A DNA stretch of 32,000 nucleotides from an archaeon (GTDB taxonomy: Archaea; Iainarchaeota; Iainarchaeia; Iainarchaeales; CSSED10-239): NCBI GenBank assembly GCA_041677685.1, contig JBAYPN010000006.1:6782-38781 (forward strand). The letters run 5' to 3'. The notes under the pieces are model-generated. The model saw only the letters and a program-made list of their open reading frames with translations, had not been told where the DNA came from and ran no database searches. Positions 20,362-30,983 of this stretch are shown piece after piece. The translations under genes were made by a program, and so were the position numbers. Numbering within the stretch: the stretch's first letter is position 1; every line of letters begins with the position of its first letter.

Positions 20362-20832
20362 ATGCAAGTAATAGATAAAATTGATAAACATATAATTGAA
20401 AAATTAATTGTAGATGGAAGAATTTCTTTTGCAAATATTGCTAAAGACATTAACTTAACAGATGTTGCAATTAAGAAAAGATTAGATAGACTTAAACAGA
20501 AAGGAATTGTTAAAGCTATTTTTGCAGAAATAGATTATAGTGTTATTGGATTTATTGAGATGATTGATATTTTAATCTGTATTGATCCTTCTAAACAAAA
20601 AGAAATAATTAGAAAATTAAAAGAGAATGACGATGTTATTAAGCTAACAGAAGTTACAGGAGAATATAACTTTATAGCAAAAGTAATTGCTGAAGATAAA
20701 GAAGATCTTAAAAAAGTCTTAGATAATATTTATACTGTAGATGGGATTATTAAAGTAAACATACTTACGACTATTAAAGAACATAAAAATACAAAAAATT
20801 TACCAGGTAAAATTATTCAAACTACTTTTTAA
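20362..20832 (+). CDS. Lrp/AsnC-family transcriptional regulator
   Basis: N-terminal HTH (DKHIIEKLIVDGRISFANIAKDINLTDVAIKKRLDRLKQKGIV) followed by a RAM/ACT-like alpha-beta domain. 156 aa. Confidence 0.85.
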   Translation: MQVIDKIDKHIIEKLIVDGRISFANIAKDINLTDVAIKKRLDRLKQKGIVKAIFAEIDYSVIGFIEMIDILICIDPSKQKEIIRKLKENDDVIKLTEVTGEYNFIAKVIAEDKEDLKKVLDNIYTVDGIIKVNILTTIKEHKNTKNLPGKIIQTTF

Positions 20833-20858
20833 TTTTAAGATTATAGGACATTTTATAA

Positions 20859-22922
20859 ATGAAGTTAATAATTTCAGAAAAAGCAATAGCAGGAAAAAAG
20901 ATTGCAACAATTCTTTCTAAAAATGATTTTGCAACAACTAATGTTAATGGAGTTTCTGTTTTTGAATTTAAAAAAAATAATGAAACATATTTGTTAATAC
21001 CTTTGAGAGGACACATTAACACAGTTGACTTTGTTGGAGAAGATAGTTATTGGAGTATCTTTACACTTAAGGCTTTGGCTGATAAAAAGTTTGTTTATAA
21101 AGAGGTTGAAAAAAAGATAATCTCCTTACTTAAAAAAGAAAGAAAAGAATTAACACAAATTATAATTGCAACTGATGCTGATAGAGAGGGAGAAGCAATT
21201 GGGCTTGAGGCATACAATTATGTTCAACTTAAAAATAAGAAAGCTGATCTTAAAAGAGCATACTTTAGTGCATTGACTGAAAAGGAAGTTACTGATGCTT
21301 TTTCTAAACTTAGAAATTTGGATTTTAATTATGCTCACTCGGTTTTTACAAGACAAGAAATTGATCTTTTGTGGGGTGCAATACTTACTAGATATTTGTC
21401 TGTGATTGCAAATAGGAAAGGTAAAATGTTTCTTTCTGCTGGAAGAGTGCAGACCCCTCTTTTAAATCAAATTGTAGAAAGGGAAATGGAACGAAATAAG
21501 TTTGTGCCTGAAAAGTATAGAGTTATTAATATTATTTTTAAAAAAACTAAAATTAGATTTGAAGGAACACACAAACTTGGAAAGATGTTTGATATTAATA
21601 AAGCTGATCTGATCTACCAAAAAATAAAAGATGAAAAGACAGGTGTTGTAAAAAGTATAACAAAAACTCAAAAGATCTTAAAAAGACCTGATCCTTTTAA
21701 CACCACTAGTTTTCTAAGAGCAGCAAGTGCTATTGGCTTTGGAACTAGTAAGGCAATGTCAACTGCTGAAAATTTATATCAACAAGGTTTTATTAGTTAC
21801 CCTAGAACAGACAACACTGGGTATCCTCCAAGCTTAGACTTTAAAGGTATCTTAAACAAATTGCTTGGTTTTAAAGAACTTGAAAAAGATATTTTACAAA
21901 TATTAAAAAAACCAATCAATCCTTCAAGAGGTAAAAAAATAACTACTGATCATCCACCAATACACCCTGTTGAATTTACACAACAATTGAAAGGGGATAA
22001 TAAAAAAATTTATGAATTGATTGTTAGAAGGTTTTTGGCAACATTATCAATTGATGCAGTTACTGAGAATCTAAGTGTTTTAATTGATGTTAAAAAAGAA
22101 CCGTTTATTGTAAATGGACAAATAATTATTGAACCTGGTTGGAAAAAAATATACTATTATTCTAAACTAAATGAAGTTATTTTGCCTCACTTGGAAAAAG
22201 AGGAAATAATTTCTATAGTTGATAAGAAACTAGAAAAGAAAGAAACAACGCCTCCTCCTAGGTTTACAGAAGGAGCTTTGATTAAGTTGATGGAAGACCT
22301 TAATCTTGGTACAAAATCTACAAGACCTGCAATTATCCAGAAATTAAGAAATAGAGATTATATTCAGGGTGGAAAGTCAGTTGAGCCAACAAAAATTGCA
22401 ATCTCTGTTTGTAGTGTTTTAAATAAAAATGCAGACATTATTACCCAACCTAAATTAACAGCAGACACTGAAGAGGAAATGGAACTTGTTGCAACTGGAA
22501 AAAAAGAAAAAGACGAAGTTGTAAATAACACAAGAAAAAAACTTCATGAAATTATTGACCTTTTACTTAAAGAAAAAGATGATATTGCAAAAGAACTTAG
22601 AGGTGGAATAATCGAATCTAATTATATTGCAGTGTGCCCAAAATGTGGAAAAAAATTAATAATTAGGTATGGAAAAACTGGAAAACAATTTGTTGGATGC
22701 TTAGGCTTTCCTTCTTGTAGAAATACTTATCCTTTACCACAAAGAAGAAATATTAGTGCAACAGACAAGTTTTGTGAAGAATGTAAAGAACCAATTGTAA
22801 ATGTGTCTGGCGGAAGAAGTGCTGACTTTGAAATGTGTTTAAATCCTAATTGTAAAACTAAAGAAGAATATTTGAAAAAAATTGAAGAAAAAAAACAAGA
22901 AAAAGAATCTGTGGAAAATTAA
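20859..22922 (+). CDS. topA: Type IA DNA topoisomerase (archaeal TopA/Topo III-like) with C-terminal zinc ribbons
   Basis: TOPRIM with Glu in LIISEKA and DxD in ATDADREGE. Active-site Tyr context GFISYPRTDN. C-terminal CPKCGKK...GCLGFPSC and CEECKE...CLNPNC Zn-ribbon motifs. Confidence 0.93.
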   Translation: MKLIISEKAIAGKKIATILSKNDFATTNVNGVSVFEFKKNNETYLLIPLRGHINTVDFVGEDSYWSIFTLKALADKKFVYKEVEKKIISLLKKERKELTQIIIATDADREGEAIGLEAYNYVQLKNKKADLKRAYFSALTEKEVTDAFSKLRNLDFNYAHSVFTRQEIDLLWGAILTRYLSVIANRKGKMFLSAGRVQTPLLNQIVEREMERNKFVPEKYRVINIIFKKTKIRFEGTHKLGKMFDINKADLIYQKIKDEKTGVVKSITKTQKILKRPDPFNTTSFLRAASAIGFGTSKAMSTAENLYQQGFISYPRTDNTGYPPSLDFKGILNKLLGFKELEKDILQILKKPINPSRGKKITTDHPPIHPVEFTQQLKGDNKKIYELIVRRFLATLSIDAVTENLSVLIDVKKEPFIVNGQIIIEPGWKKIYYYSKLNEVILPHLEKEEIISIVDKKLEKKETTPPPRFTEGALIKLMEDLNLGTKSTRPAIIQKLRNRDYIQGGKSVEPTKIAISVCSVLNKNADIITQPKLTADTEEEMELVATGKKEKDEVVNNTRKKLHEIIDLLLKEKDDIAKELRGGIIESNYIAVCPKCGKKLIIRYGKTGKQFVGCLGFPSCRNTYPLPQRRNISATDKFCEECKEPIVNVSGGRSADFEMCLNPNCKTKEEYLKKIEEKKQEKESVEN

Positions 22923-23071
22923 AAAAGCACAGTGAGATCTATGAAAAAATAATTTAATTATATAAAAATAAAAACAAATATAAAACTTCTTACAAAAGCC
23001 TTTTAAAATTTTTCTAACACCTAATTTATATACACAAATATTATGATTATGAAACATAAGATGTGAAAAGC

Positions 23072-25237
23072 ATGATTGAAAAAATAATCTTAACTGTAAA
23101 AGAAACAGACTTTTCAGAGGTTGGGAAAGGTAAGGCAAAAATTGATCCTCTTGTTTTTGATAAAATGAAACTATCTATTGGAGATGTTATTTTAATTGAG
23201 GGGAATAATAAAAAAGCCTTAGCTTACGCAACTAGAGGGAGTGAGAAGGAAGCTGGATTAAATATTATTAAAATTGATGGTGTTATTAGATATAATGCTG
23301 GAGCAACAATTGATGAAGATGTTTTTGTTGAAAAAACAAATATTCAAAATGCACAAACAATTAACCTTTCTCCAATCATTGATAAAGATAAAAAAATTAA
23401 TCTTACAAATGATATTGAAAGTATGATTAAAGACAAACTATTAAATTTAAATGTTATTGAAAAAAATATTGTAAAAATCCCTGGACTTCCTATACTTACT
23501 GTGGATGGGTATAGAGACCTGCAATTGATAATTACAAAAACAATTCCGAAAGGAGCTGTAAGAATTTCAGAAAACACAAAATTTAATATTTCTGAAAAAT
23601 CAGAAACAACAAAAACCCCAAACATCACTTATGATGATATTGGTGGCCTTAAAAAAGAAATTGAAGCAATCAGAGAAATGGTAGAGTTACCTATTAGAAG
23701 ACCTGAGATTTTTAAAAAGTTAGGAATCTCTCCACCTAAAGGTGTTTTACTTTATGGACCACCTGGAACTGGAAAGACTCTACTTGCAAAAGCAGTAGCA
23801 TCAGAGACAGATGCTAACTTTACAATCATTAATGGTCCTGAAATAATTGGGAGTGCTTATGGTCAATCAGAAGCAAATTTGAGAAAAATATTTGAAGATG
23901 CAGAAAAATCAGCACCCTCAATAATCTTTATTGATGAGATTGATGCTATTGCTCCAAAAAGAGAAAATATACATGGAGAAACAGAAAAAAGAATTGTTGC
24001 ACAACTATTAACACTTATGGATGGACTGACTGCTAGAGGACAAGTTGTTGTTATTGCTGCAACAAACATCCCTGATGTTATTGATCCTGCTCTTAGAAGA
24101 CCAGGAAGATTTGATAGAGAACTAGAGATTAGTGTGCCTGATAAAGTTTCAAGAAAAGAAATATTGCAAGTTCATCTTAGAGGTATGCCTTTAGAAAAAG
24201 ATATAAATGTAGATAATATTGTTGAACTTATAAATGGTTTCTCAGGAGCAGACATTAATGCACTTGTTAAAGAAGCTGCACTTAAAGCAATTAAAAGGCT
24301 TATGCCAAAAATAAATAAAGAAACTAATAAATATTTGTCTAAAGAAATTTTAGATCAATTGATTATTAAAAAACAGGATTTGTTGGACGCACTAAATGTT
24401 GTAGAACCATCAGCACTTAGAGAAGTACAAATACAAGTGCCTAACGTTAAGTGGGAAGACATTGGTGGCTTAGATGAACAAAAACAAACCTTAAAAGAAT
24501 TAATTGAATGGCCTATAAAATATAAAACGAAATTTGAAGAAATTGGAATTGATACTCCTTCTGGAGTTTTACTTTATGGACCTCCAGGAACAGGAAAGAC
24601 ATTAATTGCTAAAGCCATTGCTACAGAATCAAATGCAAACTTTATATCTGTAAAAGGTCCTGAGATCTTTAATAAATGGGTTGGAGAATCTGAAAAAAAG
24701 ATTAGGGATTTGTTTAAAAAAGCAAGACAAGTTGCACCCTCAATAATTTTTTTTGATGAGATTGATTCTATAACAAGATCAAGAACTGCAAATGACACTA
24801 ATGATGTTTCAAATAAAGTTGTTGCTCAGATATTGACAGAGATGGATGGAATTTCACAACTTAAGGATATAATCGTTATTGGAGCAACAAACAGAATTGA
24901 TATGATTGATCCTGCATTTTTAAGACCAGGAAGATTTGATGTTAAGTTAGAAATACCTTTACCAAAATTAGAAACACGTGAAAAAATATTTGAAGTGTAT
25001 ATTAAAAAAATGAATGTTGACAAGAAAATTAAAATAAAAGAACTTGCAAAAAAAACAGATGGAGCTTCAGGTGCTGATATTGAGGCTATTTGTAGAGAAG
25101 CTGGGATGTTTGCAATTAGAGAAAATATTGTTTCTAAAGAAAAATTAATAATTACTAGTAAACATTTTGAAAAGGCAATTGAAAGAATTATGAGAATTTC
25201 GGAAAGTAAAAGAAAAGAAGATAGCCTTGCTAGATGA
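23072..25237 (+). CDS. cdc48: Cdc48/VCP/p97-type AAA+ ATPase (two AAA domains)
   Basis: N-domain ([24 protein letters not shown]). Two Walker A GPPGTGKT motifs, and Walker B IIFIDEID and IIFFDEID. The track start at 23063 is GTG; the ATG at 23072 is more likely. Confidence 0.95.
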   Translation: MIEKIILTVKETDFSEVGKGKAKIDPLVFDKMKLSIGDVILIEGNNKKALAYATRGSEKEAGLNIIKIDGVIRYNAGATIDEDVFVEKTNIQNAQTINLSPIIDKDKKINLTNDIESMIKDKLLNLNVIEKNIVKIPGLPILTVDGYRDLQLIITKTIPKGAVRISENTKFNISEKSETTKTPNITYDDIGGLKKEIEAIREMVELPIRRPEIFKKLGISPPKGVLLYGPPGTGKTLLAKAVASETDANFTIINGPEIIGSAYGQSEANLRKIFEDAEKSAPSIIFIDEIDAIAPKRENIHGETEKRIVAQLLTLMDGLTARGQVVVIAATNIPDVIDPALRRPGRFDRELEISVPDKVSRKEILQVHLRGMPLEKDINVDNIVELINGFSGADINALVKEAALKAIKRLMPKINKETNKYLSKEILDQLIIKKQDLLDALNVVEPSALREVQIQVPNVKWEDIGGLDEQKQTLKELIEWPIKYKTKFEEIGIDTPSGVLLYGPPGTGKTLIAKAIATESNANFISVKGPEIFNKWVGESEKKIRDLFKKARQVAPSIIFFDEIDSITRSRTANDTNDVSNKVVAQILTEMDGISQLKDIIVIGATNRIDMIDPAFLRPGRFDVKLEIPLPKLETREKIFEVYIKKMNVDKKIKIKELAKKTDGASGADIEAICREAGMFAIRENIVSKEKLIITSKHFEKAIERIMRISESKRKEDSLAR

Positions 25238-25331
25238 AATTTATTTAAAATTATAAATTGAAATTTTTGTTAGAGATAGTTTAGAAACATTTTAAAAAAA
25301 TATAAAATAAAAAAAGTGAATCTGAAAAAAG

Positions 25332-25769
25332 TTAAAGACCAGAAGACCCAAAACCCTTTTCTCCTCTTTCTGTTTCATCTAAATCTTCTACTTCTAAAAT
25401 ATCATCAACATAAATTAGAGTTGGAATAATTTGTGCAATTCTGTCGCCTTTCTTGATCTCAAAAGAAACTTTAGAAGAATTAAATAAGCACACTTTTATT
25501 TCTCCTCTGTAATTAAAATCAACAACCCCTGCAAAGACATTGATTCCTGCTTTTACAGCTAAACCACTTCTTGGAGCAATCCTTAAGTATAGAGATTGAT
25601 TTTTTAAATTTAAAAAAGGTAGAGAAAAACTTACACCTGTAGAAACTAAATTTCTTTCAAAAGGTGCTATTGTTATTTCTTCATCTGAAAATAGATCAAA
25701 ACCAGCATCACCTTCATGTGCTTTTTTTGGCAAAATTGCAGTGTCTGTTAATCTTTTTACTTTTATCAT
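25332..25769 (-). CDS. dut: dUTP diphosphatase (trimeric dUTPase)
   Basis: All five dUTPase motifs: AGFDL, PRSGLA, GVVDFNYRGE, GDRIAQ, RGEKGFGSSG. GAGGT is upstream of the ATG. Confidence 0.93.
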   Translation of the reverse strand: MIKVKRLTDTAILPKKAHEGDAGFDLFSDEEITIAPFERNLVSTGVSFSLPFLNLKNQSLYLRIAPRSGLAVKAGINVFAGVVDFNYRGEIKVCLFNSSKVSFEIKKGDRIAQIIPTLIYVDDILEVEDLDETERGEKGFGSSGL

Positions 25770-25885
25770 TTTTTAAAAACCTCTTCTTTATTTTAGATTA
25801 TATTTTTCATTTAGAATTTTAATTGGTTGATTATATTTTTATATTTTATCTTTTATTTAAAGAGCTTAAATTTTTTATTTTTAAA

Positions 25886-28507
25886 TTACTTTAAATCACA
25901 ACTACCCTTAAATCCACAACCTGCAGAACATTCTGTACACCCACCTAACTTGATCATCTCACCTTTTCCACAATTTGGGCAAACTTGTCCAGCTTGATCA
26001 CCAGTATCTTTTGGAGTTAGTTCTGATTTTGGGTGTCCAACAAATCCTGTGTTCTTATTATTTGAATTATTTCTTATTTTTGTTTTTTCTGCAGTTTGTC
26101 TAGAAATTGCATTTTGGTTTTTTGTTTCTTGATCTTTGTTTGTGGAAAGTATTTGTTCATCTCTTGAAGAATCTCTATAAATGGTCACACCTTTACATCC
26201 AAGTTCATAAGCTGTTTCATAAAGTTCTTCTGTTTGTTTAATTGTAAAATTAGAAGGAACATTTGCGGTTTTACTTATTGATGAATCTGTCCATTTTTGA
26301 ATTGTTGCTTGAACTTTAATATGTTCTAGAGGTGTTAATTGCATCGCAGAAACAAAAAAATCAGGTAATTTTCCATCTTTATAATATTCTTCTGCTAAAG
26401 GTATGTTTACCTCATGGAAACCTAATCTTGATTGTCTGTAAAACTTAAAAGCAAAATATGGTTCGATGCCTGTTGAGGTTCCAAGCATTGTTCCTGTAGA
26501 ACCTGTTGGTGCTTGGGTTGTTAAAGTTACATTTCTAATTCCTTTTTCTTTAATTTTCTCAATAACTTCTAAAGGCAACTCTCTTACAAATCTGCTATTT
26601 AGATATTTTTCTTTATCAAACTTTGAAAAGAAACCTTTTTCTTCTGCAAGTTGTGTAGAGGCAATATACATTTCACTTGTAATTGTTTTGTAAATTTTGT
26701 CAATAAAATTTATTGATTCTAAAGAACCATACCTTATCCTTAATTTAATTAATAGTTCTGCAAGACCTAATGTTCCACCACCAATCCTTCTTTCTGATTT
26801 TTGAATCTTTTCATTTTCTTCAAAAAAGTAAGGTGTCAAGTCAATTACATTATCTAAAAATCTTGTTAAAACTCTTGCAGCTTTCTTTAATTTTTCCCAA
26901 TTAAGTTCATAGATTGGACCAACTTCATCAGTACCAATCTTCTCAGCAAAAGAAGCTAAATATAGGTGTCCAAGATTACATACACCCCAAGCTGGCAGTC
27001 CTTGTTCTCCACATGGGTTTGTTGAAATTATTTTATTATAATAATAGCTATTACTTAATTTATTGTACCGCTCCATAAAGACAACCCCAGGCTCTGCAGA
27101 TTTCCAGGATGATTCAATTATTTTTGTCCAAATTTCTTTTGCTTTAACTGTTTTATAAACTTTAGTTGGATAACCTTTTTCTTTCCAAGACCTTAAATCT
27201 CCGTCCCACTCTCTATCATATATTTCTGAATAGGTTGGATTTTCATAATCAGGAAACTCTAGTTTCCAATAATCATCATTTTTAATAGCATCCATCAAAG
27301 AGTCTGAAATTTTTACAGAAATGTTTGCATGTTCTAAAATTCCTGTTTTTGTTTTTGAATCAATAAATTCAAAAATGTCTGGATGCCAATCATCAAGCAT
27401 TAACATCAACGCTCCTCTTCTTGATCCCCCTTGTTCAATTAAAGCAGTTATAAATGAATAAAGACCACCCCAAGAAACTGAACCTGATGATCTACCATGT
27501 ACACCTTTAACATATGCATAGGCTGGTCTTAAAGTCGAAAGAGAAGTTCCTACACCACCTCCTCTTGAAAAGATCTCAACCATTGAGTATAAGGTATCTT
27601 TTATAATTGATTTTCTAGAATCTTCAGGAGAAGGAATAACATAACAATTGTATAATGTTAGATTTGAAGTGTAGCCAAGTTCATCAATATTTGCACCGGT
27701 TAAAATTCTTCCACCTGGAGAGATGTGATTGTTTTTTAACATATACAAAAATTCATCAAACCATTTTGTTTTGTTAATGTCATCTTTTTCTACACTTGCT
27801 ACTGCTTTTGAAATTCTTTTGTAAGTATCATTTACTGATTCTTTTGGTTTTTCACATTTACTTCTTTCTTGCTTAAATTCAAAGTTATTTGTTTTATCTG
27901 CATAGATTCCTGTTAACATATACAATATACAATTATCTTGATTATCAATTGATTTAACTACACCTAGATCTTTTTTTGGATATTTTTTATCTTCTTTAGA
28001 GATTGTTACAACTAAGTCTCCAGAAGTAATATCTTCTTTTTTTGTTTTTACAGAATATCTATCTAAAAAAATAATTAAACCTAAGTCTTTAAATTGTTGA
28101 GAATTATTTAGAACATTGATTGCTTGTTTACTTAATGAAATACCTTTCTCTTTAAGATCAATAACTTCTTTACAATCTTTTGTTTTTTCTTGACTATCTC
28201 TTATTTTTCTTCTTTCTTCTCTATATAATATAAAAGATTTAGCTATATCTGCAAGTTCAGAAGCAATTAAAACATACTCAATTGTATCAGATGCATCTTC
28301 AACAGAAGGAATTTTGTTTATAAATTTAGATTCTAAAACTAGGATTACTTTATCTACTAGATTTTCTGCTAAATTTTCATCATACTTATCTACTGACTTC
28401 ATTGCTTTTATTATTGCAAATTTTATTTTTTGTTTATCAAAGTCAACTATTTCTAAGCTTCTTTTTTTTATTTTTGTAATTTTTGTAATTTTAGTTAGCA
28501 TGTTCAT
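25886..28507 (-). CDS. nrdJ: Class II (adenosylcobalamin-dependent) ribonucleotide reductase with N-terminal ATP-cone and C-terminal zinc ribbon
   Basis: ATP-cone (KKRSLEIVDFDKQKIKFAIIKAM...), the catalytic TNPCGEQ motif, a low-complexity linker, then CPNCGKG...CTECSAGCGFKGSC. 873 aa, no intein-sized insertion. AGGGGT is upstream of the ATG. Confidence 0.93.
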   Translation of the reverse strand: MNMLTKITKITKIKKRSLEIVDFDKQKIKFAIIKAMKSVDKYDENLAENLVDKVILVLESKFINKIPSVEDASDTIEYVLIASELADIAKSFILYREERRKIRDSQEKTKDCKEVIDLKEKGISLSKQAINVLNNSQQFKDLGLIIFLDRYSVKTKKEDITSGDLVVTISKEDKKYPKKDLGVVKSIDNQDNCILYMLTGIYADKTNNFEFKQERSKCEKPKESVNDTYKRISKAVASVEKDDINKTKWFDEFLYMLKNNHISPGGRILTGANIDELGYTSNLTLYNCYVIPSPEDSRKSIIKDTLYSMVEIFSRGGGVGTSLSTLRPAYAYVKGVHGRSSGSVSWGGLYSFITALIEQGGSRRGALMLMLDDWHPDIFEFIDSKTKTGILEHANISVKISDSLMDAIKNDDYWKLEFPDYENPTYSEIYDREWDGDLRSWKEKGYPTKVYKTVKAKEIWTKIIESSWKSAEPGVVFMERYNKLSNSYYYNKIISTNPCGEQGLPAWGVCNLGHLYLASFAEKIGTDEVGPIYELNWEKLKKAARVLTRFLDNVIDLTPYFFEENEKIQKSERRIGGGTLGLAELLIKLRIRYGSLESINFIDKIYKTITSEMYIASTQLAEEKGFFSKFDKEKYLNSRFVRELPLEVIEKIKEKGIRNVTLTTQAPTGSTGTMLGTSTGIEPYFAFKFYRQSRLGFHEVNIPLAEEYYKDGKLPDFFVSAMQLTPLEHIKVQATIQKWTDSSISKTANVPSNFTIKQTEELYETAYELGCKGVTIYRDSSRDEQILSTNKDQETKNQNAISRQTAEKTKIRNNSNNKNTGFVGHPKSELTPKDTGDQAGQVCPNCGKGEMIKLGGCTECSAGCGFKGSCDLK

Positions 28508-28553
28508 AAGTTATTACCCCTTGTCTTAAAATTAATACTTCTTATTTTAATAA

Positions 28554-29072
28554 TTAATATTCTATACCTTCTCTTGCTTTTGTGTTTTTATAATAATGTT
28601 TAATTTCTTTAAATTCTGTAACTAAGTCTGCTTTTTTAATTAAGTCTTTATGTGCAAATCTTCCTGTTAAAATTAATTCAATATTTTTTTTATTACAGAT
28701 CTTTATAATATTATTTATTTCTTTTTTTGTAATTATTTTATAGAAATATACTAAATTGATTTCATCTAAAACCAAAATGTTTATTTTTTTTGTATCTAAT
28801 ACATTAAATAAATAATCTATTCCTTTTCTAATTATTTTTTTATTTTTATCTGTAATCTTATTGTTGATTATAAATTCATTAATTCCAAATTTTTTAAAAG
28901 TAATGTTCTTTAAAGATTTAAATGTCTTTTCTTCTCCTGTTTCTCTAAACTTTAAAAATTGTAAAAAATATATTTTATTGTTATATGCTAAAGCTCTTAT
29001 ACAAAGTCCAATTGCAGAACTAGTCTTTCCCTTACCTTCCCCAGTGTATATTTGTAATTTTACTTTTTCCAT
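28554..29072 (-). CDS. cobA: Cob(I)alamin/cob(I)yrinic acid a,c-diamide adenosyltransferase (CobA/CobO/BtuR type)
   Basis: IYTGEGKGKTSSAIGLCIRALAYNNKIYFLQFLK P-loop signature, LVLDEI, LILTGR. 172 aa. It is 46 bp upstream of nrdJ on the same strand. Confidence 0.88.
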   Translation of the reverse strand: MEKVKLQIYTGEGKGKTSSAIGLCIRALAYNNKIYFLQFLKFRETGEEKTFKSLKNITFKKFGINEFIINNKITDKNKKIIRKGIDYLFNVLDTKKINILVLDEINLVYFYKIITKKEINNIIKICNKKNIELILTGRFAHKDLIKKADLVTEFKEIKHYYKNTKAREGIEY

Positions 29073-29402
29073 ATTTTCATTTAAACCCCTTTAAATCATA
29101 AAAAGTGGAAAATTTTTGTAGTGATATAGTATTAGGTAATTACATTTTTATAAAGGTCGGTTTGAATTTTGATTTTTTGATATAAGGCTTTGTTTGATAT
29201 CTTAAATTTATGTATATGTTTAAAATTAACTTATAAAAATTAAAAGAAAATATATATATATAGTTCGGTTTAATTTATTAATATTATAATATAGATAAGT
29301 TAAATTGTGTGATTGATATTGTGGTTATTAAAAATATAAATTTAATATTTACATTATTTGTTGGACACCTTGTTTAAAAAATACTTATTTAGATTGAAAA
29401 AA

Positions 29403-30254
29403 ATGAATGAAGAAAATAAGAATTCAGAAATTTTAAAAAAATTTAAAAATGAATTGAATATTGAAGGGTATAGTCAGAAGACTATTGAGATCTATATTTT
29501 ATATTTATCTTTATTTAATACATTTATTAAAAAAGATTTAGAAACTGCTACTTCTGATGATGTTGTAAATTATTTATCTTATTTAAAATCTGAAAAGAAA
29601 GTTGGTTCTGCAACATTAAATTTATTTTTATCAATTATTAAACATTTTTATAATGGGTTTTTAAAAATTAATTTAGAAATAGATATTAAGCTACCTAAAA
29701 AATCTAAAAAGATACCAACTGTGTTAACACCTAATGAAATTAAAGAACTAATTAATGGTACTAAAAGTTTAAGAAATAAATTAATTATTAAATTTATATA
29801 TTCTAGTGGTGTAAGGGTTTCAGAATGTGTTAGTATGAAAATTAAAGATCTTGATTTTGATGAAAAGACTGGAAAGGTTATTAGTGGAAAAGGAAATAAA
29901 GATAGAATTATTATTCTTTCAACTAAATGGATTGATCAATATAAAAAATATTTAGAGAAAAGAAATAAAAAATATATATCTGAATATTTGTTTACAAACA
30001 ATGTAGGTAGACAACTCTCAGTTGACACTATTCAAAAGTTTTTAAAAATATCTGCAAGAAATGCAAACATTCAAAAAAAGGTAAGTCCACATACTCTAAG
30101 GCACTCTTTTGCAACAGCATTACTTGAAAATGATGTTAATATAAGATATATTCAACAGCTTTTAGGACATGCTAACCTAAATACTACACAAATATACACA
30201 AAGGTTAATACTAATAAATTAAAAATAATTAAAAACCCTTTAGATAATATGTAA
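29403..30254 (+). CDS. xerA: Tyrosine recombinase, XerA/XerC/XerD-like
   Basis: N-terminal SAM-like core-binding domain (GYSQKTIEIYILYL...). Catalytic residues in SGVRVSE, HTLRHSFAT and LLGHANLNTTQIYT. The track start at 29358 is TTG. The ATG at 29403 gives a 283-aa product, typical of XerA. The start is not certain. Confidence 0.85.
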   Translation: MNEENKNSEILKKFKNELNIEGYSQKTIEIYILYLSLFNTFIKKDLETATSDDVVNYLSYLKSEKKVGSATLNLFLSIIKHFYNGFLKINLEIDIKLPKKSKKIPTVLTPNEIKELINGTKSLRNKLIIKFIYSSGVRVSECVSMKIKDLDFDEKTGKVISGKGNKDRIIILSTKWIDQYKKYLEKRNKKYISEYLFTNNVGRQLSVDTIQKFLKISARNANIQKKVSPHTLRHSFATALLENDVNIRYIQQLLGHANLNTTQIYTKVNTNKLKIIKNPLDNM

Positions 30255-30321
30255 TATATAAATAAAAAACATATATCTTATATTAAAATAAAAAAGAATT
30301 TAGAAATAAAAAGGAAAAGTT

Positions 30322-30780
30322 ATGAAGATAAATTTAAATCTATTTAATAGAAAAAAAAAGCCTGTTAAAGTATCTAAAAAGTATAAAGAAATTATTGAAA
30401 TTTCTAAAAAGGATGTGGCAAAGGCAGAAACTGTTATTAAAAAAAGACAAAATAAAATAGAAAAAACAAAATATAGTAATGTTAAGGATAATATGGTTAT
30501 TGGTAAAATTAAATGGTACAAAAAATTAGCTTTAAAAGTTCATTTAATTAAAAGTAAAAAAGAATTACAATTTCTTAAAAAACAATTAAACTTTGAAAAA
30601 GGAAGATTTAAAATAATTGAAAGTAATTTGACTAATAAGATTCAAAAATTATTAAGTAATGTTGATTATAAAACAACAAATAATAGAAAATTTGAACAAT
30701 TAAAAAAAAATGTAAATGCTGTGAAAGAAATTATTGATATAATAGACCAAACTATTATGAAAATTGATAAAAAGTTATAG
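30322..30780 (+). CDS. Hypothetical Lys-rich coiled-coil protein
   Basis: 152-aa ORF, very basic, with heptad-like K/L/I/E pattern. No family recognised. Its stop codon abuts the left inverted-repeat arm. Confidence 0.55.
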   Translation: MKINLNLFNRKKKPVKVSKKYKEIIEISKKDVAKAETVIKKRQNKIEKTKYSNVKDNMVIGKIKWYKKLALKVHLIKSKKELQFLKKQLNFEKGRFKIIESNLTNKIQKLLSNVDYKTTNNRKFEQLKKNVNAVKEIIDIIDQTIMKIDKKL

Positions 30781-30799
30781 ACCCCCTATACTTCCTGTA
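30780..30799. repeat. Left arm of GC-rich inverted repeat (GACCCCCTATACTTCCTGTA)
   Basis: Its reverse complement TACAGGAAGTATAGGGGGTC matches 31493-31510 (TACAGGAAGTGAGGGGTC). There is a 10-bp perfect inner block and a 6-bp perfect outer block around a small asymmetric mismatch. Confidence 0.85.
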
Positions 30800-30983
30800 A
30801 TAATTTGATTCAAAATATTATGATTTAGTGAAATTATGTTAATTTTTGTATTATTTTATAATTTATTATAAAACAAACTAAAAAGAATATATGATTTAAT
30901 AATCAAAATAAATAGATATATAAATGTTTTGAATAACTTTTATAGTATAATATTAAAATAATGTTTATTTTGGAGGAATTAAT

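Noticed and set aside
22839-23138. 99-aa minus-strand ORF spanning the topA 3' end and the cdc48 5' end
   Set aside because: It is antisense to two strongly supported genes. It has F/L-rich shadow composition, produced by the K-rich sense strand.
16764-28507. Inteins in rfcS, topA, cdc48 or nrdJ (common intein hosts in archaea)
   Set aside because: All four proteins have normal lengths, and their motifs are contiguous (GPPGVGKT...SRC; TNPCGEQ; both AAA modules intact). There are no Cys/Ser...HN-type insertion blocks.
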